64,000 nucleotides of DNA from NCBI GenBank assembly GCA_963675595.2, contig CAXXLZ010000002.1, forward strand, positions 384,001-448,000, written 5' to 3'. Every line of letters begins with the position of its first letter. Position 1 is the stretch's first letter. Made by a program: the position numbers and the translations under genes. Source of the stretch: Thermodesulfobacteriota bacterium. GTDB lineage: Bacteria; Desulfobacterota; Desulfarculia; JACQYL01. A model generated the notes under the pieces. That model was not told the origin of the DNA and did no database searches. It was given only the letters and a program-made list of their open reading frames with translations. Positions 19,162 to 28,762 of the stretch are shown here, piece after piece.

Positions 19162-20478
19162 ATGGGTAATCCGTACGAACCGATCATCGCGTCGAATCGC
19201 GCCCTGGCCGATGGGCAACGCGTTTACCTGAGAGTGGGGAACGACGGCCCCCGGCCGAGCTCCACCAACGGAGACGGCGGCCGTCCCCTATCCTACCCCG
19301 CCATCGGAGTTTACGCCGGTGGAGGTTCTTCCCATTCCTGGCTGTGGTTCGCGGAGATTTTCGATCGATTGGGTTTCCATCGCGTCAGGTTTCTTGACGA
19401 ATACGAGGTGGAAAAAGGGGGGCTGAACGGTCTGGACGTGTTCGCGGTGTCCGGCGGGGATACCTTTGCCGTGGCCCGTGCCTTGGGAGCCGCGGGAGCC
19501 GAACGAATCGAAGCGTTCGTCCGGGAAGGCGGCCTCTACATCGGAACCTGCGCGGGCGCCTATCTTCCCCTCCGCTCTTCCAAGGAACACCTCAGGTTAT
19601 TCAACTTCGTCGAAGCCAAGATTTCCAACCTGTCCAGGAACCTTCCGGAACCCAAACACATGGCTCACAAATTCTGCACCTCATACGGATGCGATTTCGT
19701 GTTCCATCCCGTGAGGGAAGACGTGGCTTTGAAGACCACTGGGAGACTCCCCTTTCCCAAAGGCATGGAGGTTGTCGCCCCCATGTACGGCGGTCCGGGA
19801 ATGACGACTTCCGAAGGCACCGAAATCCTGCTGGAATACGGCGGATTCACCCCGCGGACTCAGTTCCTTGTCGACGAGGCCTTGGCGGAGGAAACCCTTG
19901 TTCAAAAGGCCGCCGTCATCCGCTCCGCATTGGGCAAAGGCAAGTTCCTCCTGTTCGGTCCCCATTTCGAGCACCCGCGATTTTCCGAGGCGAACGCCAT
20001 GCTCGCTCACCTAATTTACTGGGATGCCGAAGCCCGCGCGTTTCCGAAAAAGGGTTCCCAAATGGTCGAAGTGGTCGCGCCGGAGGCCGACCGCAGGAAA
20101 TTCGCCCAAGAGCTACGTCGTGAACTGAGTAATTCCCGCATTGTCGCCGCCGGGATGGAGCTGTTGCCGCTCCGATGGAAGATCGGTGCCAAGCTTTACG
20201 AACCTGAGAAATTGCGCGTCTTCCTCGAAGCGCTTTGGTCCAGGCTTCGCCATTTTGAACGAGGACCGTTTCGAGCGCCCGAAGAGGAAACCCGCGGATT
20301 GACGGAGTCTGCGAAGGAAACCACCAAAGCATTACGCCGATTGAAGTCCGAGGTGGACGCGAAAACCGAAACCACGGAGCTCGCGTCGGAGTGTTTCCGC
20401 CTTCTCCATGTGCTTTCAATCGGCCTCCTGAACCTGTACTTCAGGAACCGGTCGGAACTCGGGGCAATCGACACCTGA
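19162..20478 (+). CDS. BPL-N / class I glutamine-amidotransferase-like domain protein with helical C-terminal domain
   Basis: SGGDT, FVREGGLYIGTCAGAY (nucleophile Cys) and GPHFE (His-x-Glu). Confidence 0.75.
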   Translation: MGNPYEPIIASNRALADGQRVYLRVGNDGPRPSSTNGDGGRPLSYPAIGVYAGGGSSHSWLWFAEIFDRLGFHRVRFLDEYEVEKGGLNGLDVFAVSGGDTFAVARALGAAGAERIEAFVREGGLYIGTCAGAYLPLRSSKEHLRLFNFVEAKISNLSRNLPEPKHMAHKFCTSYGCDFVFHPVREDVALKTTGRLPFPKGMEVVAPMYGGPGMTTSEGTEILLEYGGFTPRTQFLVDEALAEETLVQKAAVIRSALGKGKFLLFGPHFEHPRFSEANAMLAHLIYWDAEARAFPKKGSQMVEVVAPEADRRKFAQELRRELSNSRIVAAGMELLPLRWKIGAKLYEPEKLRVFLEALWSRLRHFERGPFRAPEEETRGLTESAKETTKALRRLKSEVDAKTETTELASECFRLLHVLSIGLLNLYFRNRSELGAIDT

Positions 20479-20562
20479 GCCGATTCCCGCCTCACGGCGG
20501 AATTACACGCCTCCATGCGCCGCCGGACACCGGATCAACTCATTGTTTCAAAGGGGTTCACA

Positions 20563-21456
20563 TTGGACTACAAATCGCACTTTCAAACCCGTATCCCGAA
20601 GCATGGAGCACTCCGCCTCCTGCCGAGATTCCTCATTGTGGTTACGGCCCTCGCCCTGTGCGGGGTCCCCGAGGTATGGGCGGACGCTTCCATCGGCTCC
20701 GATTCTTCATGGTTCGTGGACATGAACCGATATGCGGCTTCGGCCCACGGCGCCCTTGCCTGTGAGAAATGCCACGACAACATCATGGAAGACGGGCCAA
20801 ACCACCCGAAAACGGATAACGCTTCCTTATTGGACGAGGCCACTCGTAATTTCGATTACGGACGCTGTGCGGCGTGTCACGCTTCGGCGGTTCAACGTAC
20901 TCGGGAAGGCGCCCACGCCAAGGCTCTCGCGGAGGAACTCGCCCCCCCGGCTGAAGGCGCTGAGGCCTCTGAAAAGAAGAAGGCTCCCACCTGCGGCGAA
21001 TGCCACTCCGCGCATTACGCGCCCTCCGGGCGATCCAGGCTGGAAACCGGCAAGGAGATGACCGAAACCTGCGGCCGATGCCACCCGGCTCACCGGGCGA
21101 GCTATCTGGCCGACTTCCACGGCAGGGCGGCGGTGAAACTGGGGAATACCCGTTCGGCTTATTGCTCCGATTGCCACGGCGCTCACAACACCGTTTCTCT
21201 TAAGGAAAACGACAAAGCCCTGGCGGCCTGCCTCCGATGCCACCCGGATGCCGACGAAGGCTTCTCCCGGGTGGTGATCCATGCCTCCCTGGACACCATC
21301 GAACAGAAAGAGCAGGAGAAGAAGGAATCCCTGATCCTGGTCCATAGGGTTCGCGTCGTAGCCTTTGCCGTGGTGGCCCTGGTGTTGGTGTTCTTTTTCG
21401 GCCACTCCTTTCTTTGGATCATGAGAGAACTCCACGAAAAGTTGAGGAATCGCTAA
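20563..21456 (+). CDS. membrane-anchored hexaheme cytochrome c
   Basis: Signal peptide, six CxxCH (CEKCH, CAACH, CGECH, CGRCH, CSDCH, CLRCH) and a C-terminal TM helix. Start uncertain (TTG 20563 or ATG 20515). Confidence 0.88.
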   Translation: MDYKSHFQTRIPKHGALRLLPRFLIVVTALALCGVPEVWADASIGSDSSWFVDMNRYAASAHGALACEKCHDNIMEDGPNHPKTDNASLLDEATRNFDYGRCAACHASAVQRTREGAHAKALAEELAPPAEGAEASEKKKAPTCGECHSAHYAPSGRSRLETGKEMTETCGRCHPAHRASYLADFHGRAAVKLGNTRSAYCSDCHGAHNTVSLKENDKALAACLRCHPDADEGFSRVVIHASLDTIEQKEQEKKESLILVHRVRVVAFAVVALVLVFFFGHSFLWIMRELHEKLRNR

Positions 21457-21457
21457 C

Positions 21458-22180
21458 ATGCAAAATAAACAGCCCCAAGTCGAGACGGTTCAGCGGTTCA
21501 GCGTCCTGCACCGATTCCTTCATCTGGTGGTGATGATCGGATTTACGGTTCTGGCGGTCACGGGCCTGAGCCTCGCATTCAGTTCACAGTTCTGGGCCCG
21601 GGCGATCATGTGGATACTGGGCGGCCAAGAAAACGCAGGCGACGTGCATCGCTTCTTCGCCGTGGTGACCTACTCCGCAGTTGTGGCGCACCTGGTCTGG
21701 TTTCTATATTACAAGCTGGTCCTGAAAGGCCGGTGGACCGGTCCCCGGTCCCTCCTGCCGAGCATGCGGGACTTCAAGGATATGTCCGAGCACTTCCGGT
21801 TCTTTTTCGCCCGTAGGTCCCGGCCCCCGAAATTCAACAAGTTCTCCTACCTCGAGAAGTTCGATTATTGGGCGTTTTTCCTCGGTATGAACACCATGGG
21901 ACTCACCGGTCTCTTCCTGTGGTTCCCGGAAGCCTTCAGCCGAGTGTTGCCCGGATTTTTCGTAAATCTCGCCCAGGTGCTTCACCTTTACGAGGCCGTC
22001 ATGGCCATCGCACTGAAGCTGGTCCTTCATACGATCACGGTACATTTCCGCCCGTCGGTATATCCCGGAGACACTTCCATTTTTACGGGTAACACGACCA
22101 TGGAGAAGATGAAGCACGAGCATGCCGGCGAGTGGGAGGCTCGGGTCGCCGAGGATATCAACACCACACCGGGCAAGTAG
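21458..22180 (+). CDS. cytochrome b, formate dehydrogenase gamma/HyaC-like 4-TM subunit
   Basis: RFSVLHRFLH, VHRFFA, KFSYLEKFDYW and LHLYEA...HTITVH. Confidence 0.85.
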   Translation: MQNKQPQVETVQRFSVLHRFLHLVVMIGFTVLAVTGLSLAFSSQFWARAIMWILGGQENAGDVHRFFAVVTYSAVVAHLVWFLYYKLVLKGRWTGPRSLLPSMRDFKDMSEHFRFFFARRSRPPKFNKFSYLEKFDYWAFFLGMNTMGLTGLFLWFPEAFSRVLPGFFVNLAQVLHLYEAVMAIALKLVLHTITVHFRPSVYPGDTSIFTGNTTMEKMKHEHAGEWEARVAEDINTTPGK

Positions 22181-22208
22181 AGTCCAAGCGCAAGGAATTG
22201 GGGTTCTT

Positions 22209-23639
22209 ATGAAAAAGATGCTCTTGATACTACTGATAGGCATAGCGGGATTGGGCTCGTTCGCCTTGTTCTTTCCCTCCGACGACGGCGTCAAGATGGA
22301 AGGAAGCAAGCGCGAGTGCCTGGACTGTCACCGCCAAAGAAACGTCAACACCAACGAAGGCGTGATCGCGTCCAATGCCTTCTGTATGGAATGTCACGCC
22401 CAGCCGTCCTGCAACCGTACCGAGGACGGCACGGCGGTGTCTCTCCAGGTGCCGGCCGACGCATTCGCCGGCACGCAACACAATTACGCCGCCTGTGTTC
22501 ACTGTCACCGGGACGTGGCCAAGTCTCCGCATCGTTCCGAAGCGGGCGTTCAGTGCCTCGAATGCCATACGGTCCACGGCGAAGAGGCGGCCGGAGATCC
22601 ACACTTGAGAGTCCGGTGCGAAGCCTGTCATACGCAATCCCGTTTCGTGGAGCTGGACCGCGCCGCAGATCGGGTACGTCTCGCAAGCATGGATGATCAG
22701 GGCGTTCCGTTGAGTTTCACCAACCATAAAATGACCGAGGTCTACGACAAGGAATTCTGCGCCAAATGCCATTTCGAGGGGAATTCGGTGGGCGCCGCCG
22801 CCATGGTCCTCCCGGGCAAAAGCGTTCTGTGTATCGTGTGCCACAACGCTCCCGCATCCGTCGGCCATTGGATGTTCAAGGGCGCCTTGGCCGTTCTCCT
22901 CCTCGGGCTGTTCGCCATGATATTCCTCTGGTTCCAGGGCAGCGTAGCCGGAGAGCGGACCTCGACCCATCGCAAAGCCGCTCTTGCCGCCGAGTCGGTG
23001 TGGGGCACGATCTTCTCTCGAAAAATCCTGTCCGTGTTGAGCACCCTGTTCTTCGACGTGTTGCTCCAACGGCGAATTCTGAAGGAAAGCGTCAAGCGCT
23101 GGACCATCCACTCGATGATTTATCTGGCCTTCATCGGTCGCCTCATTTTGAGTCTGATCACCATGATCCTTTACGGGCTGAATCCGGATGGTGAAACGAC
23201 TCTGGCATTGCTGGACAAGAATCACTGGTTCACCGCTTCGGTGAACGACTTCCTCGGACTGCTCATCGTCCTGGGGGTGCTCTGGGCCGCAGCTCAAAGA
23301 TTCGTAAGCCGACCGAAACACGTTCTGTCCGAAGAACAGGACAACTTGACGTTGTTGATCATAGGGCTGTTGACTCTCAGCGGCTTCGCTCTCGAGGGAG
23401 CGAGAATCTACGTCACCGGTGTTCCCGGCGAGGTCGCCTGCTATTCCTTCGTGGGATATTCGGTCGCCAAAGCGTGGGGGGCCTTTTCCTCCGACGCCCA
23501 GCGGGCCTACGGGATTCTCTGGTACGTCCACGGCGCCATGTGGGCGGCCTTCCTCGTCTACCTGCCTTTCAGCAAGCTGAGACACATTATTACGGCTCCG
23601 CTGAACCTTATCATTCGCGGCGATGAGAAGAAGGAGTGA
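22209..23639 (+). CDS. heptaheme cytochrome c fused to a NarI/HdrE/DsrM-like cytochrome b domain
   Basis: Seven CxxCH in the N-half. The C-half has RWTIH...SGFALEG...WYVH...YLPFSKLRH, typical of NarI-like domains. Confidence 0.85.
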   Translation: MKKMLLILLIGIAGLGSFALFFPSDDGVKMEGSKRECLDCHRQRNVNTNEGVIASNAFCMECHAQPSCNRTEDGTAVSLQVPADAFAGTQHNYAACVHCHRDVAKSPHRSEAGVQCLECHTVHGEEAAGDPHLRVRCEACHTQSRFVELDRAADRVRLASMDDQGVPLSFTNHKMTEVYDKEFCAKCHFEGNSVGAAAMVLPGKSVLCIVCHNAPASVGHWMFKGALAVLLLGLFAMIFLWFQGSVAGERTSTHRKAALAAESVWGTIFSRKILSVLSTLFFDVLLQRRILKESVKRWTIHSMIYLAFIGRLILSLITMILYGLNPDGETTLALLDKNHWFTASVNDFLGLLIVLGVLWAAAQRFVSRPKHVLSEEQDNLTLLIIGLLTLSGFALEGARIYVTGVPGEVACYSFVGYSVAKAWGAFSSDAQRAYGILWYVHGAMWAAFLVYLPFSKLRHIITAPLNLIIRGDEKKE

Positions 23640-23750
23640 TCCGGATTCGAGTCGAGGGCCGGAAACGCCGCCATTGAGTAGTCACCGGGTTCGGTCGTTG
23701 AACGTCCCCGAGGGATGGACCGAACCCGTCAATCCGAAGAGGAATGGATC

Positions 23751-25268
23751 ATGTCGGAAAACGAAAACGTAAACGTTTCTGAAACCGCCGAAGCACCGGA
23801 GAAGGCCGAGACTCCGCCGGAAGAACGCAACGAAGGGGAGAAGGTTCAGGACGACGCTCCCCGGACGGTTTCCGCGTCCCCGAGCCCAACGCCCGAGTCC
23901 AAGCCTTCCGTCAAAAGCGTGAAGGAGCCGCCTCCGGAAAAGAAGATCGCGCGCAGGATTCCCATCGAACGCCTGAGCGCGCATCGTCTCATGCAGTTAC
24001 AGGCCTGCACCCGGTGCGGTGAATGCCTCAACTGGTGCCCCGTATACGACCAAGATCGCAGTGAAAGCGTCATCCCCAGGACCAAGGCCCGGGAATTCCT
24101 CGAAATCATCCGAGGACAACACGGCCTGGCCGCCCGCATCCTGAACAGCTCGGCGACTCCGCAACCACTGAAGGGAATCATCCGGGGTTTGTTTCGGGTC
24201 CCTGAAGTCACCGACGACATGGTACAAAATTTCGCCGCCCACCTGTATGAATGTTCCACCTGCGGGCAGTGCGAAATTGTGTGCCCGGCCAACCTGGACA
24301 CGGTGAACCTGTGGGAAAACATCAGGGAGCTCATCGTGGAGGCGGGCTACGGCCCGTTGGAGAGTCAAACCCCGTTGGTGAAGAGCGTCAAGGCCTACGA
24401 CAATCCGTGGCAACAGCCTCGTCAGGCAAGAACCAAATGGGCCCGTCGAGCCAAAAAGGAAAAACTCATTGAAGACACGCCGCGGGAGATCAAGAAGACC
24501 AAGGGCAAGGTGCTGCTTTTCCTGGGGTGTACGGCGGTTTACGACGCCAACGTGCGTCAGATCGCCATCAACACCATCAATATTCTCGAGGCCTTGGGCG
24601 TGGACTACGGATGCCTGGGAGGAGACGAGAAATGCTGCGGCAGCGTGATGCTCCGCATGGGTGACTCCGAGTTCGAACGAATCGCCAAGGACAACATCCG
24701 GGTGTTCAACGATCTCGGCATCGATACGCTCATCAGTTCCTGCTCCGGTTGTTTTAAAACCATCAAGGAAGATTATCCCAAGGTGGGGGGCCTGAATTTC
24801 GAGGTTCTCCACATGGTCGAGTTCCTTCACCGCCTGCTCAAACAGGGAGACCTCGAGTTCACCCATCGAGTCGAGCGAAAGGTGACCTATCACGATCCTT
24901 GCCATTTGGGCCGCGCCGCCGGCGTATTCGACGCTCCTCGCGAAGTGATGAATGCGATCCCGGGACTCGAGCTGATCGAGATGGAACGAATCCGAAAATA
25001 TTCGAGGTGTTGCGGAGCCGGTGGGGGCGTCAAGGCGGGGTTCCCGGACATTCAGGGAAAGATGGCACAACGCCGTGTCCGCGAGGCCGAGGCCACGGGA
25101 GCTGAAGACCTGGTTTCCGCATGCCCGTTTTGCTTCGCCGGACTTCAGGTGGGCATCAAGGCCGCCGGTTCGCACCTCGTGATGAAAGACGTCACCAGCT
25201 TGGTGGCGAAAGCGTTGCTGGGAGCCAACGCCGAGGAAGGTGGGAGCGAGGCCAAAAAAACCGCTTGA
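23751..25268 (+). CDS. HdrD/TmcB-like Fe-S protein with two CCG domains
   Basis: CTRCGECLNWCP, CSTCGQCEIVCP, CCGS, SCSGC, YHDPCHLGR, CCGAGGG and ACPFC. Confidence 0.92.
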   Translation: MSENENVNVSETAEAPEKAETPPEERNEGEKVQDDAPRTVSASPSPTPESKPSVKSVKEPPPEKKIARRIPIERLSAHRLMQLQACTRCGECLNWCPVYDQDRSESVIPRTKAREFLEIIRGQHGLAARILNSSATPQPLKGIIRGLFRVPEVTDDMVQNFAAHLYECSTCGQCEIVCPANLDTVNLWENIRELIVEAGYGPLESQTPLVKSVKAYDNPWQQPRQARTKWARRAKKEKLIEDTPREIKKTKGKVLLFLGCTAVYDANVRQIAINTINILEALGVDYGCLGGDEKCCGSVMLRMGDSEFERIAKDNIRVFNDLGIDTLISSCSGCFKTIKEDYPKVGGLNFEVLHMVEFLHRLLKQGDLEFTHRVERKVTYHDPCHLGRAAGVFDAPREVMNAIPGLELIEMERIRKYSRCCGAGGGVKAGFPDIQGKMAQRRVREAEATGAEDLVSACPFCFAGLQVGIKAAGSHLVMKDVTSLVAKALLGANAEEGGSEAKKTA

Positions 25269-26020
25269 GGGGAAAGAAGAAGGGAGACGTCATTTCTCAA
25301 TATATCAAATACGCCTACTGGCTCGACGAATCCCGTCTAAAGGAGTTTCTGCGGAAAGCGGAAAGCGAACAACAGGCGGTGGGCGAAGCCCGAAAAGCGG
25401 TGTGCGTCCCTTTGTCCAAAACTTCGGGCATCACGCTGGTGATGCCCGAAGCCTGGCGAAAGACCGAACTCTGCAAACGCCCGTTGTCCTGGTATTGGGA
25501 CTCGCCGTTGGCCGGACACTACCTCGTGATCAGCCCGTCGGACCTGACGTCTTTGGGCTTGAGTGCCCAGATCATCCTGAGGGCGAGCTCTTTTCGTGCC
25601 GGGCGACTTCCTTCGGAAGAAGAAAAGCGAGTCCTGATCCGGAGAGAAAGTTATCTCTCGGCCAAACCCGATGCATGGGACGATCTTTCTTCCGAGGACC
25701 CCGCCTCCCTGGAACGCTGGATGCGGGTCATGGGCGTTCGTGGAATGCGCTACGAGGACCTGTTTCTCTCTCATTGCGCCAACCACGCGAACTTCATCGA
25801 ACCGGTCTTTTTCGTGGTGGAGAATGAAGAAGAAATGCCCTACTCCATTGCCGGCACCAAATTCATTTGTTCCGCTTGCCTTGAATTTTTCAACGTGATC
25901 GGAGCCGAATTTCACAAGAAGCTTGTGGTGCCGTGTCCCGGGGCGGTGCTCTTCGCGGGACTTCCCGTAAACCGTTACGTCGAGGTGGAGACTTTGGGGC
26001 CGCCGTTGATCGACTCGTGA
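25265..26020 (+). CDS. hypothetical Cys-containing protein with a DUF169-like C-terminal signature
   Basis: TTG start overlaps the upstream TGA. HCANHANF, ICSACLE and VPCPGAVLFAGL. The family call is tentative. Confidence 0.6.
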   Translation: MRGKKKGDVISQYIKYAYWLDESRLKEFLRKAESEQQAVGEARKAVCVPLSKTSGITLVMPEAWRKTELCKRPLSWYWDSPLAGHYLVISPSDLTSLGLSAQIILRASSFRAGRLPSEEEKRVLIRRESYLSAKPDAWDDLSSEDPASLERWMRVMGVRGMRYEDLFLSHCANHANFIEPVFFVVENEEEMPYSIAGTKFICSACLEFFNVIGAEFHKKLVVPCPGAVLFAGLPVNRYVEVETLGPPLIDS

Positions 26021-26232
26021 AATCGTTTCGGTCTGCATTCCCCGAAAGTCCGGCAGGCGCCGATGATGGGTTTCCGTCCTACTTGGGCATGGTTGCCGGA
26101 GACCGCACCGAATCGTTGAGATTCGACGAAACCGCTTGCCTCTCCGGCCCCATTCTTATAGAACTTCCAGGCACGATCCTGTAGGCCCCTCCAACTAAGC
26201 ATTGATCGGGCCGCGGGTGAAAGGGAGGAGCG

Positions 26233-27231
26233 ATGTACCGGGTGATCCGCAAGCTGTTCGTTTTGTCGGTGGCCCTCGTCACGATGTTCGGTACGCCCGC
26301 GGCGAGCAACGCGGGCACCGAAGAGGCCAAACCCGTTCGTATGGCCTATCTTCAGAGCGATATTCATCATCTCGCGTTCTGGGTGGCTCTGGAGCGAGGT
26401 TACTTTGAGAAAGAGGGCGTGGCCGTTGACGTCGCCGGCGTGTTCAAGGCCGGACCCGAAGTGATGACCGCGTTTGCGTCGGGTGCTCTGGATATGGCCT
26501 ATGTGGGAGAAGCCCCGGCCACGACCGCCGTTGCCAATGGAGCGGCGCGGGTGGTGGTGGTGTCCCAGGTGAACACCGAAGGCTCCGCCTTGGTCGTCTC
26601 CAAAGAAGATCACACCCTGACCTCCTTGAAGGACCTCCAGGAGAAAACCGTGGCCGTGCCCGGGCATTCCACCGTGCAGGATTTTCTGCTGCGCAGAGCA
26701 CTCGACAAGGCGTTCGAGCCTGAAGAGCTTTCCGATTACCGGGTAAACATCATCGTGATCAAGCCCCCGGAAATGATCGGTGCTTTGCGGACGGGCCAGA
26801 TCGACGCATTCGTGGCATGGGAACCCTATCCCTCCAAAGCCTTCACCATGGGCGTGGGACGGAACTTGGCCACCTCCCACGACATGTGGCCGGAACATCC
26901 TTGCTGCGTGCTGGCGGCGGACTCGAAATTCGCCGATTCCCACCCGGAACGGGTCCGGGCCGTATTGGCGGCACATCTGGCGGCCACGCGATTCATCCAC
27001 GATCATCCCGACGAAGCGGTTCGTATCGGGGTCAAATATACCGGAATGGACGAGGAAACCGTGAAGTCGGCCTTGAAGAACGTCCATTACACCACGAAGC
27101 TCAACGTCGAGGGTGAAAAAGAGTACGTGCGTTTCCTGACGGAACTCCAATACATTCGAGTGAAAAACCCCGACGCCTTTGTGGACCGTTTCATCAATCC
27201 CAAGTTCCTGAGCGAAATCCAAGCTCAATGA
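26233..27231 (+). CDS. SsuA/TauA/NMT1-type ABC substrate-binding protein
   Basis: Signal peptide, ALERGYF, GALDMAYVG, AFVAWEPY and HPCCVL. Confidence 0.9.
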   Translation: MYRVIRKLFVLSVALVTMFGTPAASNAGTEEAKPVRMAYLQSDIHHLAFWVALERGYFEKEGVAVDVAGVFKAGPEVMTAFASGALDMAYVGEAPATTAVANGAARVVVVSQVNTEGSALVVSKEDHTLTSLKDLQEKTVAVPGHSTVQDFLLRRALDKAFEPEELSDYRVNIIVIKPPEMIGALRTGQIDAFVAWEPYPSKAFTMGVGRNLATSHDMWPEHPCCVLAADSKFADSHPERVRAVLAAHLAATRFIHDHPDEAVRIGVKYTGMDEETVKSALKNVHYTTKLNVEGEKEYVRFLTELQYIRVKNPDAFVDRFINPKFLSEIQAQ

Positions 27232-27983
27232 AATGGAAACGTGCTCTTCCCCCATTGTGCCTGATTGTGATTTGGCAGGGGTTGTCTTCTCTGGGACTCA
27301 TTCCGTCCTTTAAACTCCCCTCCCCGAGAGAAGTATTGTGGGGTCTCTTGGATCTCTCAGTGGTCGGCATGCCGCCTGGACGGCTCTTGCACGACCATAT
27401 CCTCCACAGCCTTTACCGCGTATTTTCGGGTTACGGCGCCGCCGCTGTGATCGCAATTCCTCTGGGCATCGCCATGGGCTGGTCCCGGCGCCTCCGAGAC
27501 GCCTTCGAACCCATCGTCGAGATCATCCGTCCCATTCCACCGCTGGCCTGGATTCCCATAGCCATTCTTTGGTTCGGCATAGGAAACCGCTCGGCGGCAT
27601 TCATCATTTTCCTCGGTGCGTTCTTTCCGATTCTTCTGAACACCATTTCAGGGGTGGTTTCCATCGACCGAATTCTCATTGAAGCCGCGCGCACTTTGAA
27701 CGCTTCAAGCCGTGACATCTTTCTGAAGGTATTGCTTCCCGGCTCCGTACCTTCCATCATGACCGGTCTTCGCATCGGTATCGGCATAGGATGGATGACC
27801 TTGGTGGCCGCGGAATTCACGGGTGTACGCCAAGGATACGGACTGGGATACATGATCATGACCGCCCGAGATATCCAGCGCGCCGATGAAATCCTGGCCG
27901 GCATGCTGGTCATCGGAGCCATTGGACTTGCCATCGACGTCTCACTTCAATTCGTCGAAAGAAGGCTCATACAATGGCGATAA
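27228..27983 (+). CDS. SsuC/TauC-type ABC permease
   Basis: IRPIPPLAWIP, WFGIG, EAARTL and LVAAE...GLGYMI. Confidence 0.92.
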   Translation: MKWKRALPPLCLIVIWQGLSSLGLIPSFKLPSPREVLWGLLDLSVVGMPPGRLLHDHILHSLYRVFSGYGAAAVIAIPLGIAMGWSRRLRDAFEPIVEIIRPIPPLAWIPIAILWFGIGNRSAAFIIFLGAFFPILLNTISGVVSIDRILIEAARTLNASSRDIFLKVLLPGSVPSIMTGLRIGIGIGWMTLVAAEFTGVRQGYGLGYMIMTARDIQRADEILAGMLVIGAIGLAIDVSLQFVERRLIQWR

Positions 27984-27996
27984 GAATGAGAACATC

Positions 27997-28761
27997 ATGG
28001 CGTTAAGCCTTGAACTGGTGGAACTGACCAAGGTCTTCCAGTCCGATCGCGGCGAAGAGTCCGTCGAGGTCATCGCGCCGCTCAATTGTCGGGTGGAGAA
28101 GGGTCGCTTTGTTTCCATCGTAGGGCCCAGCGGGTGCGGCAAGACCACCCTGCTTCGTCTAATCGCCGGGCTCGATAAGGCTTCCGCAGGGAAGATCGTC
28201 CTGGACGGGAAGGTGGTTACACAACGGGATGAACGCGTGGGGCTCGTGTTTCAGGAATTCGCGTTGTTCCCCTGGAGAACGACCATCGAAAACATCGAGA
28301 TGGGCCTTGAGATCAAGCGGGTTCCCGAAAAAAAGCGCAGAGAGGCCGCCCTCGATTACATCCGAGCCTTCGGGCTTTCCGGGTTCGAAAACAAGTACCC
28401 CAAGGAACTCTCCGGCGGCATGAAGCAGCGGGTGGCCATTGCGCGAACGTTGATCATGAATCCCGAGGTGGTATTGATGGACGAACCCTTCGGCGCACTG
28501 GACAGCCAGACACGAAACGATTTACAAAGGTTCCTCCTGGATGTTTGGTCCAGACGTGGGGACACGATCCTGTTCGTGACTCACAACGTGGATGAGGCCG
28601 TGTTCTTAAGTGATCGGATTTTGGTATTGTCCAAACGACCGACCCGAATATTGGCCGGTTTCGAAGTCGACATGCCCAGACCTCGGGACCGGACCGGCAC
28701 CGACTCAAATCGAATTCGAAAGGCAATTCTCCGCCTCTTAGCGGAACCTGGAACCCCCTGA
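27997..28761 (+). CDS. SsuB/TauB-type ABC ATPase
   Basis: GPSGCGKTT, LSGGMKQR, LMDEPFGALD and FVTH. Confidence 0.93.
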   Translation: MALSLELVELTKVFQSDRGEESVEVIAPLNCRVEKGRFVSIVGPSGCGKTTLLRLIAGLDKASAGKIVLDGKVVTQRDERVGLVFQEFALFPWRTTIENIEMGLEIKRVPEKKRREAALDYIRAFGLSGFENKYPKELSGGMKQRVAIARTLIMNPEVVLMDEPFGALDSQTRNDLQRFLLDVWSRRGDTILFVTHNVDEAVFLSDRILVLSKRPTRILAGFEVDMPRPRDRTGTDSNRIRKAILRLLAEPGTP

Positions 28762-28762
28762 T

